Origin: Dyella sp.
GTDB taxonomy: Bacteria; Pseudomonadota; Gammaproteobacteria; Xanthomonadales; Rhodanobacteraceae
Assembly (NCBI RefSeq): GCF_035685885.1
Contig: NZ_DASRZX010000007.1
Location: 2,085 to 66,084 of the forward strand
Direction: 5' to 3'
DNA length: 64,000 nt
In this document: positions 26,458 through 36,502 of the stretch, piece by piece
Layout: every line of letters starts with the position of its first letter
Numbering within the stretch: position 1 is the first letter of the stretch
Notes under the pieces: model-generated
Database searches by the model: none
The model's input: only the letters and a program-made list of their open reading frames with translations
What the model was told of the DNA's origin: nothing
Position numbers and translations under genes: made by a program

Positions 26458-27651
26458 CTAAAGCCTATCCCCCTGGTCCGCCTCCAGCAGTTCCGCCGGG
26501 AGCGGGACGACATCCATGTTCCGTGCAAACAGCATGGCCTGGAAGCGTTCGCCCATCTGATCGGGCATGGTGAGTTTCTTTACTTCCTGAGCGAGGCGAT
26601 AGCGCGCCGCTTCGTCGGGTGCCGCTTCGTAAGCCTGCTCGAACGCCGCCTGCAATCCGCTGCCGATGAGGAACTGCGCCTGCGGCATGTAGCCGGCCAC
26701 GCCAAAGCCCGCACTGTTGCCGGCCTCGGCCAGCGCAGTGAAGTCGACGGAGGCAGTGAGGTCGTTGAGGCCAGGCAGGTAGAACGGGTCATTGTGCGAG
26801 CGGTGGCGGTAATAGGCGCGCAAGGTGCCGTCGTTGCGTTCGGGCAGGTAGAACTCGCGGCGCACGTAGCCATAGTCGATGAAGAGCATCAGCCCGGCAC
26901 GCAGCGAGCCGCCGATGGCCTGCATCCAGTACGGCAATTGGGGCAGTACTTCGGAACGGTAGCCGTTGGCGAATTCCGTTTCGATGTCGCGCTCCACATG
27001 GCGCACCGCCCCCGACACCAGCGCGTCGGCAGGACGATCCACGCGCATCAGTCGACCTTCGCCGTCCAGTGCAACGTATTCCTCGTAGACCTCGCCGTCG
27101 CGCAGCGCGAAACGCGTGGTGGGCAATGCGTCGATCACCTCATTGGCGAACAGCACGCCTTGCCAGTCCTGTTCCGGCGGGCGATCGAGCCATTGCACGC
27201 GCGCGAAGATGTCGGCAGGCAACGCCGTCGCAAGTCGCTCCCGCTGACGCTCGCGCAGGTCGGCGCTGGGTTCGAGGATGTAATAGTGGCCCGGCAGAGA
27301 GCTGGCCTCTGCAAACGCCTTCAGCGCCGCTTCGGCGAATGCACCGCTGCCGCCGCCAAGCTCAAGGAAGTCCGCGTCGCTGCCGAGCAATGCCAACACC
27401 GGGTAGGTCGCGTTCACCACGCAACGGGCGAACAGCTCGCCCAGCTCCGGCGCGGTGATGAAATCGCCTGCTTCACCGAACTTGGTCTTGCCCGCGCTGT
27501 AGTAGCCAAGGCCCGGCGCGTACAGGCAGCGCTCCATGTACTGGGAGAACGGCATCGCGCCATGCGAGGCGATTTCCTCGCGCAGGTGCGTCAGCAGCCG
27601 GTCGGAATGGGCGCGTTCGTCGGCGCTCGGTTCGGGAAGTTGGGAAGACAT
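26458..27651 (-). CDS. SAM-dependent methyltransferase, MidA/NDUFAF7 family
   Basis: YMERCLYAPGLGYY, GDFITAPE, ELGGGSG, ANEVIDALP, IDYG, DLTASVDF. Confidence 0.9.
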   Translation of the reverse strand: MSSQLPEPSADERAHSDRLLTHLREEIASHGAMPFSQYMERCLYAPGLGYYSAGKTKFGEAGDFITAPELGELFARCVVNATYPVLALLGSDADFLELGGGSGAFAEAALKAFAEASSLPGHYYILEPSADLRERQRERLATALPADIFARVQWLDRPPEQDWQGVLFANEVIDALPTTRFALRDGEVYEEYVALDGEGRLMRVDRPADALVSGAVRHVERDIETEFANGYRSEVLPQLPYWMQAIGGSLRAGLMLFIDYGYVRREFYLPERNDGTLRAYYRHRSHNDPFYLPGLNDLTASVDFTALAEAGNSAGFGVAGYMPQAQFLIGSGLQAAFEQAYEAAPDEAARYRLAQEVKKLTMPDQMGERFQAMLFARNMDVVPLPAELLEADQGDRL

Positions 27652-27689
27652 GCGCGTAGGCCAGGCAGGAAACGCGCAAAGAATAACGC

Positions 27690-27737
27690 ATGCCCCGCCG
27701 CAGCCTCGGGGGAGGGAGACCGGCTGCGGCGGGGCAT
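27690..27737 (-). terminator. 16-bp stem hairpin after the TBDR
   Basis: atgccccgccgcagcc ... ggctgcggcggggcat. Confidence 0.6.
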
Positions 27738-27751
27738 CGGCCCAGCGGGGC

Positions 27752-29944
27752 TTAGAAGCTGAAATCCTTCTGCACGGTCAGGTACAGCCCGCGCCGCGGC
27801 GCGAACTGCGGCGCGCCCACGCCAACGCCCGTGCCGTCGCGCAATTCATAGGTGCGATCCAGCGCATTGATCAGCGCCAGTTGCGTCTTCAGCTTACCGA
27901 GGCTGCCTACGTTGAAGTCGTGCGCCACGTTGAGGTTCAGCTGGAAGTAGTACGGCAGCGAGGCACCGTTGGGCACACCACTATCCTTGCGCAGGCCGCT
28001 GCCGAAGAGGTAGTCGGCACCCACGCGCGTGGCTTCGCTGAACGAGTAGGTGATGCCACCGGACGAGGCCAGCTTCTGGTCGTGGTCGAGATGGATCCAG
28101 TTGTCGTAGATGTACGCCAGCTCGTCTTCGTCGAAGTTGTACTGACCGGTGATCACGCGCTTGCCCATGGCCCGGCTGAACGAAAGATTGAAGTACGCCG
28201 AGACGGGACCGTTGTCGTAGTTGACGGTGAGTTCCGCGCCCCGGATGCGGCCAAAGTCGTAGTTGAAGTTGGAGTAGATCAGCGCCGCGCCGAACTGGCC
28301 TTCGTCCTGCAAGCGGCTCACCTTGCGGTAGTAGCCGTCCAGACCCACGGTGAGGCTGGAACCAAACTGCTGCTGGATGCCGAGATCGAAATAGTCCGAG
28401 CGCTCCGACAGCGGAAGATTGTTGCCGCCGCTCGGCAGCTCATTGGTGGTTCCGTTGAAGCGGGCAATGTTGCTGTCGTCGATCACTTCGGTCGCCGGCG
28501 GCGTGAAGTAACGCGAGTAGCCCGCATGGATCGTGGTGCTGTCGGTCGCCTGGTACACCACGCCAAGGCGCGGGCTCAGCTGGCTCTCGGTGCGGAACAA
28601 TTCGTAGCGGTCGCCACGCACGCCGTAGTTCACCGTCCACTTGTCGCCGATGCTCCATTCGTCCTGCAGGTAGGCCGACCAGGTGCGCGCCAGCAGGTTG
28701 GTGGCATCGTAGATGCCGATCGGCGTGGTGCTGGCCTGCGAACCATCCGGATTGGCCGGGAACACCAGCGAGTTGTTGCTGATGTTGCCGCGCTCGAACT
28801 CACCGTAGATGCCGTAGCGCAAGGTGTGGCTGTCGCCCAGCGGCGTGGCGAAATCCGCCTGCAGCGTGCTGGCGCGGTTGGAGCGATTGATGGTGGAGGC
28901 AACGCCATTGAACATCAGATCGCCCACTTCGTCGGGCAGGAAGTTCACTGTGCTGTAGCGCTGGCCCAGCGACATCTGGTAGTTCGTCTTGCCCCACTTG
29001 CCCTGCAGCGAGAGCACGCCAAAACGCGTCTGCTCCTTCTGCCGCTCGTTGAGGTCGGCCGAGTTGAAATCCGTCTGGTCGAGGTAACCGAACTGCGGCT
29101 CCTGGTTGGGATTGTTTGGAATCTCGAAGCGGTTGTTGGTCGCGCCGAACATGAAGCTGATGCGCGTGTCGTTGTTGATCAGGTAGGAGATATCGCCAAA
29201 GCCCTTCACCTGGTTGGTGTGGTCGTGGATGGGCGTGCGGCTGGACGTCGGGTTTTCGATGCCGACATCGTTCTCCAGATAGTTGGCCGTGACGAACCAG
29301 CTCCAGCGATCGCTGCTGCCCCATAGCGAGGCGTTGGGGTTGAGCGTGCCGAACGAACCACCCGTGATGCCGATACTGCCGCCGTTGCCCAGGTCGTGGC
29401 CGCTCTTGGTGTCGATATCCACCACGGCGGCGGTGCGCAGGCCGTACTGCGCCGGCAGCGCGCCATCGAGCAGTTTCACGCTCTGGATCGTGCGTGCGTC
29501 CAGCGTCTGGCCGAAACCGGAGATCGACTCGGGAATGATCACACCGTTGATGCGGTACTGCAGGTTCGCGTGGTCGCCGCGCACATGCAGGCCGCCGTAG
29601 GAATCCTGCACCACGCCCGGCGCCTGCAGGATCACCTGGTTGAGTGGCGTCGAGTCGCCCAGCGGCAACTGCTGGATCGCCTTCTGGTCGATCACGTACT
29701 GGCTGCTGCCGGTATCGGGCGACAACGAATTGCGCGACTGGTCGAGCGCCGCGCTGACATCCACGGCGCCAAGCTGCTTCACCTTGGGCTTGTTGCGGGC
29801 GCTGGTCGTGTCGGCATCGTTGCCGTCACTGGCAGCGCTGGTGGCGACGGTGCTGGTATCCGGCGTCGGGCTGGTTTGGGCAAAGGCGGCAGGGACGGCG
29901 CCCAGCGCGACAGCGAGGCTCAGGGCAAGCAGGGAACGTTTCAT
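27752..29944 (-). CDS. TonB-dependent receptor, putatively zinc-repressed
   Basis: Signal peptide; plug (APGVVQDSYGGLHVRG, LPAQYG); SPRLG; C-terminal DFSF. Confidence 0.88.
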   Translation of the reverse strand: MKRSLLALSLAVALGAVPAAFAQTSPTPDTSTVATSAASDGNDADTTSARNKPKVKQLGAVDVSAALDQSRNSLSPDTGSSQYVIDQKAIQQLPLGDSTPLNQVILQAPGVVQDSYGGLHVRGDHANLQYRINGVIIPESISGFGQTLDARTIQSVKLLDGALPAQYGLRTAAVVDIDTKSGHDLGNGGSIGITGGSFGTLNPNASLWGSSDRWSWFVTANYLENDVGIENPTSSRTPIHDHTNQVKGFGDISYLINNDTRISFMFGATNNRFEIPNNPNQEPQFGYLDQTDFNSADLNERQKEQTRFGVLSLQGKWGKTNYQMSLGQRYSTVNFLPDEVGDLMFNGVASTINRSNRASTLQADFATPLGDSHTLRYGIYGEFERGNISNNSLVFPANPDGSQASTTPIGIYDATNLLARTWSAYLQDEWSIGDKWTVNYGVRGDRYELFRTESQLSPRLGVVYQATDSTTIHAGYSRYFTPPATEVIDDSNIARFNGTTNELPSGGNNLPLSERSDYFDLGIQQQFGSSLTVGLDGYYRKVSRLQDEGQFGAALIYSNFNYDFGRIRGAELTVNYDNGPVSAYFNLSFSRAMGKRVITGQYNFDEDELAYIYDNWIHLDHDQKLASSGGITYSFSEATRVGADYLFGSGLRKDSGVPNGASLPYYFQLNLNVAHDFNVGSLGKLKTQLALINALDRTYELRDGTGVGVGAPQFAPRRGLYLTVQKDFSF

Positions 29945-29978
29945 GAGGTTTCCGGTGGGGCGGCGTTGTTATTTCGAT

Positions 29979-29990
29979 ATGTTATAACAT
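29979..29990. promoter_or_regulatory. Zur-box-like perfect palindrome overlapping a -10-like TATAAC
   Basis: ATGTTATAACAT, 35-46 bp upstream of the TBDR ATG. Confidence 0.6.
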
Positions 29991-30133
29991 TGCCACTGCC
30001 GCCGGGGCCACGCCTGCCCCAAAAGTCATGGTCCGCCGCGCCCTCCAGCGCACCCACCGCAAGATCAGCCCACCTTCACGGCGTGCGCCTAGACTGCCCC
30101 CATCGACTCCTCGCCTCGTGTAGCCCTGGAATC

Positions 30134-30766
30134 ATGAGCAAACCCTCGTCCCAGCTTCCGGCCGTCATCACGGACCACAGTCGCGTCACCCAGGCGATCC
30201 TCGACTTCGTGAGCCAGATCCCCGACAGCGATGTGGCGGGCGCCCGGGACCCGGAGAAGGAAGCGCAGCGCCTGGCCACGCGCGCGGCGCAACGAGCAGG
30301 GCTGACGGCCGGCTCGCTGGCGCTGCCGCCGGGTCCGCTGGGCTGGCTGACCGTGCTGCCGGAACTGATCGCCATCTGGAAGATCCAGGCGCAGATGGTC
30401 AGCGACATCGCCGCCGCCTACGGCAAGCACTCGGACCTGGGCCGCGAGCAGATGTTGTGGTGTCTGTTCCGCCATACCGCCGCGCAGGCGTTCCGCGACC
30501 TGGTGGTGCGCGTGGGCGATCGCCTGCTGTTCCGGCGCCTCAGCTACAGCGTGGCCGAACGCATCGCCAAGACCGTGGGCATCAAGGTGACCCAACGCGC
30601 GGTCGGCCAGGGCATCAGCCGCTGGCTACCGGTGGTCGGCGCCATGGGCGTGGGCGCCTACGCGTACTACGACACCGGGCAGGTCGCGCGCACGGCCATC
30701 GCCATGTTCAGCTCGCCCATCGAGACCGAGCAGACCGACATGGAAACGGCGACGCCCGCGGGGTGA
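30134..30766 (+). CDS. EcsC-family protein
   Basis: ALPPGPLG, PELIAIWKIQAQMVSDIAAAYG, RWLPVVGA. Confidence 0.75.
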   Translation: MSKPSSQLPAVITDHSRVTQAILDFVSQIPDSDVAGARDPEKEAQRLATRAAQRAGLTAGSLALPPGPLGWLTVLPELIAIWKIQAQMVSDIAAAYGKHSDLGREQMLWCLFRHTAAQAFRDLVVRVGDRLLFRRLSYSVAERIAKTVGIKVTQRAVGQGISRWLPVVGAMGVGAYAYYDTGQVARTAIAMFSSPIETEQTDMETATPAG

Positions 30767-30824
30767 CGTTGCCGATGCTTTGCGGCAAGCTCGCGGTCCA
30801 GTCGCGTCACGCAGGAGCCCACGC

Positions 30825-31571
30825 ATGAGTCCACGCCACGAGCGTCCTGTCGTCCTCATCACCGGCGCCGGCAAGCGCGTCGGCGCAGTCATCGCGCGCA
30901 CCCTGCATGCGGGCGGCTACGACCTCGCCCTGCACTACCGCCACTCCGCTGCGGACGCTGAACTGCTCACCGCCTCGCTGGAGCGTCAACGCGCCAACAG
31001 CACGTTCACGGTGCAGGCGGAACTCGCCGACGTCGAGGCACTGCCCTCCCTGGTCCAGCGCGTGCTGGATCGATTTGGACGTCTGGACGGCCTGGTCAAC
31101 AACGCGTCCGCCTTTTATCCAACGCCGGTGGGAACCGCAACCGTCCCGCAGTGGAACGAGCTGTTCGCGTCGAATGCGCAGGCACCCTTTTTCCTCTCGC
31201 AGGCCGCCACGCCCGCCCTGCGCGAAACGCATGGCGCGATCGTCAACCTGGTGGACATCTACGCGGAACGCCCGCTGGCAAATCATGCCGTGTACTGCAT
31301 GGCCAAGGCGGCGCTGGCGGCGATGACACATGCACTCGCGCTGGACCTTGGCCCGGATGTGCGCGTCAACGGTGTTGCGCCAGGCGCCGTGATGTGGCCC
31401 AGCGACGGCAAACCCTACGACGACCAGCAGGCGATGCTGGCGCGCACGCCACTGAAGCGGGCCGGCGCACCGGAGGACGTAGCGGGCGCCGTGCTGTGGC
31501 TGCTGCGTGATGCGCCATTCGTGACGGGACAGATCATCCGCGTCGATGGCGGGCGCACGCTGTCGGTGTGA
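30825..31571 (+). CDS. Pteridine reductase (FolM/PTR1-like SDR)
   Basis: ITGAGKRVG, LVNNASAFYPT, YCMAK, RVNGVAPG; near folK and folB. Confidence 0.88.
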   Translation: MSPRHERPVVLITGAGKRVGAVIARTLHAGGYDLALHYRHSAADAELLTASLERQRANSTFTVQAELADVEALPSLVQRVLDRFGRLDGLVNNASAFYPTPVGTATVPQWNELFASNAQAPFFLSQAATPALRETHGAIVNLVDIYAERPLANHAVYCMAKAALAAMTHALALDLGPDVRVNGVAPGAVMWPSDGKPYDDQQAMLARTPLKRAGAPEDVAGAVLWLLRDAPFVTGQIIRVDGGRTLSV

Positions 31572-31694
31572 TTGCGCACCGGCGCGCTGGCTTGGTGTTG
31601 CAAAGCGTCCGCTATCTAGGCCCGCCGCGCACAGGGCGCGCCCCACAGAACGAAAGATGGTGCGTCGCGCAAAACACGAGCGCACCGTCGCAGC

Positions 31695-32552
31695 TTACTT
31701 CTTGGGCTTGAACGCCTGCTCCAGCATCGCCTGGTCGAAGCCATAGCCGACCTGTCCTTCCTCGGCATAGCGATACAGCGCCGCCGCATAAATGCCCTGC
31801 AACGACGCCTGGACCAGCCCGATCAGCGTCAGGCTGACGGCCACCACGGCGAAGGCCACCACAATGGCGGCGATCGACTGCGTGGCGAACGCGCCGACGA
31901 TCAGGCCGAAGCACACGATCATCGCCAGGAACATCAGCAGGCCAAACACCACGCCCAGACCCGCGTTACCGATGATGTTCTCGCCCCAGGTGCGCTTGAG
32001 CAGTTCCGTGCTGCGCTTGATCGCCTCGGTGGGACCAACGTCCTGGCTTGCCAGCACCGGCACCACAAGGAAGGTCGCCACCGTCCACGCCAGGCCGAGG
32101 AAACCGGCGACGAGGCGTCCAATCAGGCCCAGGCGCTCCTGCAACGCGCGCAGCAGCAAGCCGACCGTCGCCGCGATCAACGCATAGCCGAAGATGTTGA
32201 CGATGCGCGCACGCGCCAGCGCAAAACCCGCCGCGAAGCTGGTGGGCTCGCCGCGCAGACGCATCAGCGCGGCACCGGCGAGTGCTGTGTTGAAGAAGAT
32301 GATGACGAAGTACTGCGCCAGGTAGAACAGGAACAGCGCGAGATAGCCGCCCGCGGAAAAGGCGCGCTCGTGTGGACCGACCTCGCCGTGGGTTGCCGCG
32401 AAGGCAAATCCGATGGGGATGAGGAAACTGGCCGCCACCAGCAGGCAGCAAATGCTCGAAGCCAGCGGAAACATCAACAGGGATTTGTCCGACCGCAACA
32501 CCGCGGCGCTCGCCTTCATCAGGCTCCAACTGCGCGAAAACCGACCTGCCAT
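31695..32552 (-). CDS. Conserved membrane protein (DUF6159-like)
   Basis: RFSRSWSLMKAS...DKSLLMFP, FFNTAL, TFLVVPVL, IKRSTELLKRTWGE. Confidence 0.75.
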   Translation of the reverse strand: MAGRFSRSWSLMKASAAVLRSDKSLLMFPLASSICCLLVAASFLIPIGFAFAATHGEVGPHERAFSAGGYLALFLFYLAQYFVIIFFNTALAGAALMRLRGEPTSFAAGFALARARIVNIFGYALIAATVGLLLRALQERLGLIGRLVAGFLGLAWTVATFLVVPVLASQDVGPTEAIKRSTELLKRTWGENIIGNAGLGVVFGLLMFLAMIVCFGLIVGAFATQSIAAIVVAFAVVAVSLTLIGLVQASLQGIYAAALYRYAEEGQVGYGFDQAMLEQAFKPKK

Positions 32553-32642
32553 GACAACCTCCTTGTGATGGATGCGGATTTCTAGCATCCGGGCGTTACC
32601 CGCGACAGTGCCCACGCCAGGCTCCGCGAAAATCGGCAGGCC

Positions 32643-33125
32643 TCAGAGCGCCTCGACCACCAATGGTTCGCTCTCCGCCGGGAACGCCGCCCACAGTTCC
32701 GCCATGGTGCGGCCATTCACTGGATGCACCAGCGTGGGCGCGATATCGGTCATGGGCTTTAGCACGAAGGCGTGCTGGAGTTCCTTGCGTGGAATATCCA
32801 GATGGCCCTCGCCCTTCTGCACGAGGTCGCCGAACAACACGATGTCCACGTCCAGCGTGCGGTCGGAAAAACGCGGCACGTCGCGGCGGCGGCCATGGCG
32901 ATCTTCCAGCGCATGCAGCCACACGTTGAGTGCCTCGGGCGAGAGATCGGTGTCCATGCCCACGGCGAGGTTGATGAAGTCCGCGCCATCGAAACCCACC
33001 GATTTGCTGCGATAGGCCGGCGACACCGACAGCACACCGAAACGCGCGCGCAGTTCGTCGAGCGCAGCACGAAGATAACGATGCGGCTCGAGATTGGAGC
33101 CCAGGCTCAGGTAGACGCGGACCAT
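32643..33125 (-). CDS. folK: 2-amino-4-hydroxy-6-hydroxymethyldihydropteridine diphosphokinase
   Basis: YLSLGSN, FINLAV, DRTLDVDIVL, FVLKPM. Confidence 0.93.
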   Translation of the reverse strand: MVRVYLSLGSNLEPHRYLRAALDELRARFGVLSVSPAYRSKSVGFDGADFINLAVGMDTDLSPEALNVWLHALEDRHGRRRDVPRFSDRTLDVDIVLFGDLVQKGEGHLDIPRKELQHAFVLKPMTDIAPTLVHPVNGRTMAELWAAFPAESEPLVVEAL

Positions 33126-33127
33126 CG

Positions 33128-33487
33128 CTATTGGGGGCGCGTGCCGCGCTCGATGCGCACACCGACGGCCTTGGCGCCGCGCACGGCGCCGGGCTTGGAC
33201 AGCTTCAACCGCACCCATGACACGCCGAACTCTTCGCGAATGATTCCCGCGCAACGTTCCGCCAGCGTCTCCACGAGGCCGAAGCTGGAGGTGCCCACAT
33301 AGTCGATCAGACGCTTGGACACGTCCTTGTAGTTGAGCGTGTGCGCGATGTCATCGCTGGCAGCCGGCACGGTGTTGTCAAACGCCATCTCGATGTCGAA
33401 CGACAGCGTCTGGCGCACGCGGCGCTCCCAGTCGTAGATGCCGATGACGGCATCGATGCGCAGGTCTTCGATGAAAACGATATCCAT
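33128..33487 (-). CDS. folB: Dihydroneopterin aldolase
   Basis: MDIVFIEDL, IGIYDWER, LNYK, LVETLAE, KPGAV. Confidence 0.95.
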   Translation of the reverse strand: MDIVFIEDLRIDAVIGIYDWERRVRQTLSFDIEMAFDNTVPAASDDIAHTLNYKDVSKRLIDYVGTSSFGLVETLAERCAGIIREEFGVSWVRLKLSKPGAVRGAKAVGVRIERGTRPQ

Positions 33488-33690
33488 GGAAAGCAGTGGT
33501 CCGACCTTGGGTGTGGCGCGGCGAAAGGCCGCCGTTGAACGCCTTTGCCGGCTTATTGTAACGGGGGTTTTCCCTTACATGACGGCGGGCAACTCCGTAG
33601 AGGCGTGAACCGTAAACTGCTTGGTTCGCGGCGACGACCGCGAGCGACGGCAACCACCTCGGCCGCCGCCTCGACGCATAGGGATATCAC

Positions 33691-34440
33691 ATGTCTTTTC
33701 TGAACAGGGTCGACCTCCTCTACGGGAATCTCATCCGCCTGCTGACCGCGTTGCTCACGGTGGCGTTGTTGGCCCTCGCAGTCATGGCGTGCTTCAACTG
33801 GCAACGACTCACCGCCATGGAAGAGGTTGACACCAGCACGCAGCCGCAGACGCCACCCAAAATCGCCACGGAAGACGTGGTCAAGCACACCGTTGCCTCG
33901 CAGACGGATTCCGTACCCGATCCCATCGGCGCGAATGATCCCCATCGCGCCGCCTACGATCGCATCGGCAAGGCCCTGGAAACGTTCGCACGCAAGCACG
34001 ACATCTGCGCGGACGAATTCCAGGCCGAGTCACTGCTTTCGACCATCCATGCCAACGTCGACTTCCAGGACACCGACGCACTGAAGGCCGCGTATGCCAA
34101 TGGCCTGGCCGATACCTTCGAGCGCGCGCTCTCCGACCCCAGGATCGAGGCGCTGCTGCCCAGGCCGGCGGATCAGAAAGAGGAGCGTTCCTTTGGCTAT
34201 CCCGATGCCCGGGGCGTTGTCGTCGATATGATCAACCAGTACGACACCCTCTTCTCGCAATCGCTTGCAGCGACCAGCGCTACCCACGGTTACCTGGATA
34301 AAAAGGACAGGCAGGATGCGGCATGGCGCTCGCTGGCACGTATCGGCGGCCCGATGCTGCTGCTGGTTGTCGTCTTGCAGCTGCTGACCTTCGGTCGCAT
34401 CGAGCAAAACACGCGGCGACTGGACAGCCCCAGGGCATGA
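33691..34440 (+). CDS. Hypothetical membrane protein with N- and C-terminal TM helices
   Basis: 249 aa; hydrophobic ends, C-terminal RIEQNTRR; own terminator downstream. Confidence 0.7.
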   Translation: MSFLNRVDLLYGNLIRLLTALLTVALLALAVMACFNWQRLTAMEEVDTSTQPQTPPKIATEDVVKHTVASQTDSVPDPIGANDPHRAAYDRIGKALETFARKHDICADEFQAESLLSTIHANVDFQDTDALKAAYANGLADTFERALSDPRIEALLPRPADQKEERSFGYPDARGVVVDMINQYDTLFSQSLAATSATHGYLDKKDRQDAAWRSLARIGGPMLLLVVVLQLLTFGRIEQNTRRLDSPRA

Positions 34441-34446
34441 AAGAAG

Positions 34447-34474
34447 AGAGAGCCGCCCCGTGGGCGGCTCTCTT
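34447..34474. terminator. Hairpin between the hypothetical gene and tsaD
   Basis: agagagccgccc-cgt-gggcggctctct. Confidence 0.75.
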
Positions 34475-34523
34475 CCATGCGCGAAGCGGTTCGGCCTGCT
34501 GCCGACCACCACGCCGCCGCAGA

Positions 34524-35603
34524 TCACATGGCCGGCGGCAACGTCTCCAGATCCCAGCGCGGAAACACCTGCACCGATGCATCCTGGTGCTGGCCGTGGG
34601 CGAGGCGAATGGCACCGGCCAGGGCGATCATGGCGCCGTTGTCGGTACAGAACGCCAACCGCGGAAAATAGACCTTGAAGCCGTCCTTTTCGCCGGCTGC
34701 CGCCAGCTCCGCGCGCAGGCGTCTGTTGGCACCCACGCCGCCGGCGATCACCAGACGCTTCGCCCCGCTGGCTTCCAGCGCACGGCGGCACTTGATGATC
34801 ATGGTGTCGACGATGGCTTCCTCGAACGCGCGGGCCACGTCGGCGCGGGTCTGCTCGCTCTGGTCGGACTGCTGCCAGGCCAGCAGCACCTGGGTCTTGA
34901 GTCCGGAGAAGCTGAAATCCAGGCCGGGTCGGTCGGTCATCGGCCGGGAAAAGCGGAATATCCCGGGACGACCTTGCTCGGCCAGCTTTGCGAGCGCGGG
35001 GCCGCCGGGATACGGCAGGCCCATCAGCTTGGCGGTCTTGTCGAAGGCCTCACCAGCGGCATCGTCCAGGGTGTCGCCCAGGATGCGGTATTCGCCGATG
35101 CCCTTCACTTCCACCAGCATGGAATGGCCGCCCGACACCAGCAGGGCCACGAATGGCGGCTTCGGCGGGTCTTCTTCCAGCAGCGGCGCCAGCAGATGGC
35201 CTTCCATGTGGTGCACGCCGATGGCCGGAACACCCAGTGCCCAGGCCATGGCGCGGGCCGCGGAAGCCCCCACCAACAGGGCGCCGACCAGGCCCGGGCC
35301 AGCCGTATAGGCCACGCCGCCGAGGTCGGCCGGGGTCAGGCCCGCCTGCGCCAGCGCTTCGCGCACCAGCGGCAGCAGCTTGCGCACGTGGTCGCGACTG
35401 GCCAGCTCCGGAACCACGCCGCCGTAGTCAGCATGCAGCTTGATCTGGCTGTAAAGGGTATGTGAAAGCAGGCCGCTGCCCGGCGCGTCCGGTTCCCAGC
35501 GCAGCAGGGCCACGCCGGTCTCGTCACAGGACGTTTCGATGCCCAGTACCGGCTTATTTGCCGAAGGCTCGTATTGGGGCTTTGAAATTGCTGTCGTTTG
35601 CAC
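34524..35603 (-). CDS. tsaD: tRNA N6-threonylcarbamoyladenosine synthase subunit TsaD; start uncertain
   Basis: [53 protein letters not shown]. Confidence 0.95.
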   Translation of the reverse strand: MQTTAISKPQYEPSANKPVLGIETSCDETGVALLRWEPDAPGSGLLSHTLYSQIKLHADYGGVVPELASRDHVRKLLPLVREALAQAGLTPADLGGVAYTAGPGLVGALLVGASAARAMAWALGVPAIGVHHMEGHLLAPLLEEDPPKPPFVALLVSGGHSMLVEVKGIGEYRILGDTLDDAAGEAFDKTAKLMGLPYPGGPALAKLAEQGRPGIFRFSRPMTDRPGLDFSFSGLKTQVLLAWQQSDQSEQTRADVARAFEEAIVDTMIIKCRRALEASGAKRLVIAGGVGANRRLRAELAAAGEKDGFKVYFPRLAFCTDNGAMIALAGAIRLAHGQHQDASVQVFPRWDLETLPPAM

Positions 35604-35611
35604 GGTATACT
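35582..35611 (+). promoter_or_regulatory. Probable sigma70 promoter of rpsU
   Basis: TTGAAA-N18-TATACT. Confidence 0.5.
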
Positions 35612-35673
35612 TCGCGGCTCACCGTATTCATAACGGCCTGTCTAGGCGGGTCAGTCTAACACTTGGAGTTTCC

Positions 35674-35889
35674 ATGCCCAGCGTAAAAGTCCGCGAGAAC
35701 GAGCCGTTCGAGCTTGCCCTCCGCCGCTTCAAGCGCACCTGCGAAAAGGCCGGCGTCCTGGCCGAGACCCGCAAGCGCGAGTTCTACGAGAAGCCGACCC
35801 AGGAGCGTAAGCGCAAGCGTGCCGCCGCGGTGAAGCGTCACCTGCGCCGTCTCTCGCGCGACACGTCGCGTCGTACGCGCCTGTATTGA
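35674..35889 (+). CDS. rpsU: 30S ribosomal protein S21
   Basis: [29 protein letters not shown]...REFYEKPT; GGAG RBS. Confidence 0.97.
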   Translation: MPSVKVRENEPFELALRRFKRTCEKAGVLAETRKREFYEKPTQERKRKRAAAVKRHLRRLSRDTSRRTRLY

Positions 35890-36003
35890 GCCTTCCCGTC
35901 CGCATCTGCGGACGATCCCGAGGCTCCGGCGCTTCCGCGCCGCATCAGGTAGCTTGGCAGCTGGCGCGTCCATCCGCTGCCGCTGACTTAGTAGACCTAC
36001 ACG

Positions 36004-36035
36004 AGCCGGCGTTGCCCAGAGCAACGCCGGCTTTG
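36004..36035 (+). terminator. Terminator-like hairpin between rpsU and yqeY
   Basis: agccggcgttgc-ccaga-gcaacgccggct-ttg. Confidence 0.6.
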
Positions 36036-36055
36036 TGTGCTTCCAAGGAGATGAC

Positions 36056-36502
36056 ATGACTCTCAAGCAGCAGCTGACCGAAAACATGAAGTCCGCCATG
36101 CGTGGCGGCGACAAGCACCGCCTCGGCGTGGTCCGCCTGATCCTCGCCGAAATCCAGCGGCGCGAGGTGGATGAACGCATTGAACTGGATGACGTGCAGA
36201 CGCTGGCCGTGCTGGAAAAGATGGTCAAGCAGCGCAAGGACTCCATCAGCCAGTACGACGCCGCCAACCGCCAGGACCTGGCCGACGTCGAGCGCGCCGA
36301 GATGACGGTGATCGAGGCCTATCTGCCGGCCAAGCTCACCGATGAGGAGCTCGACGCGCTGATCAGCGCCGCCATCGCCGAAACCGGCGCCTCCTCGCCG
36401 CGCGACATGGGCAAGGTGGTGGCCGTGGTGAAGGAAAAGGCCGCGGGCCGCGCCGACATGGGCGTGGCGTCGAACCGCATCAAGACCCGCCTGGCCAGCT
36501 GA
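36056..36502 (+). CDS. GatB/YqeY domain protein
   Basis: MKSAMRGGDK, KMVKQRKDSI, DMGKVV; AAGGAG RBS. Confidence 0.92.
   Translation: MTLKQQLTENMKSAMRGGDKHRLGVVRLILAEIQRREVDERIELDDVQTLAVLEKMVKQRKDSISQYDAANRQDLADVERAEMTVIEAYLPAKLTDEELDALISAAIAETGASSPRDMGKVVAVVKEKAAGRADMGVASNRIKTRLAS

Noticed and set aside
33488-34523. Absence of plsY between folB and tsaD
   Set aside because: Xanthomonadales are known to rely on PlsB, so the absence is expected.
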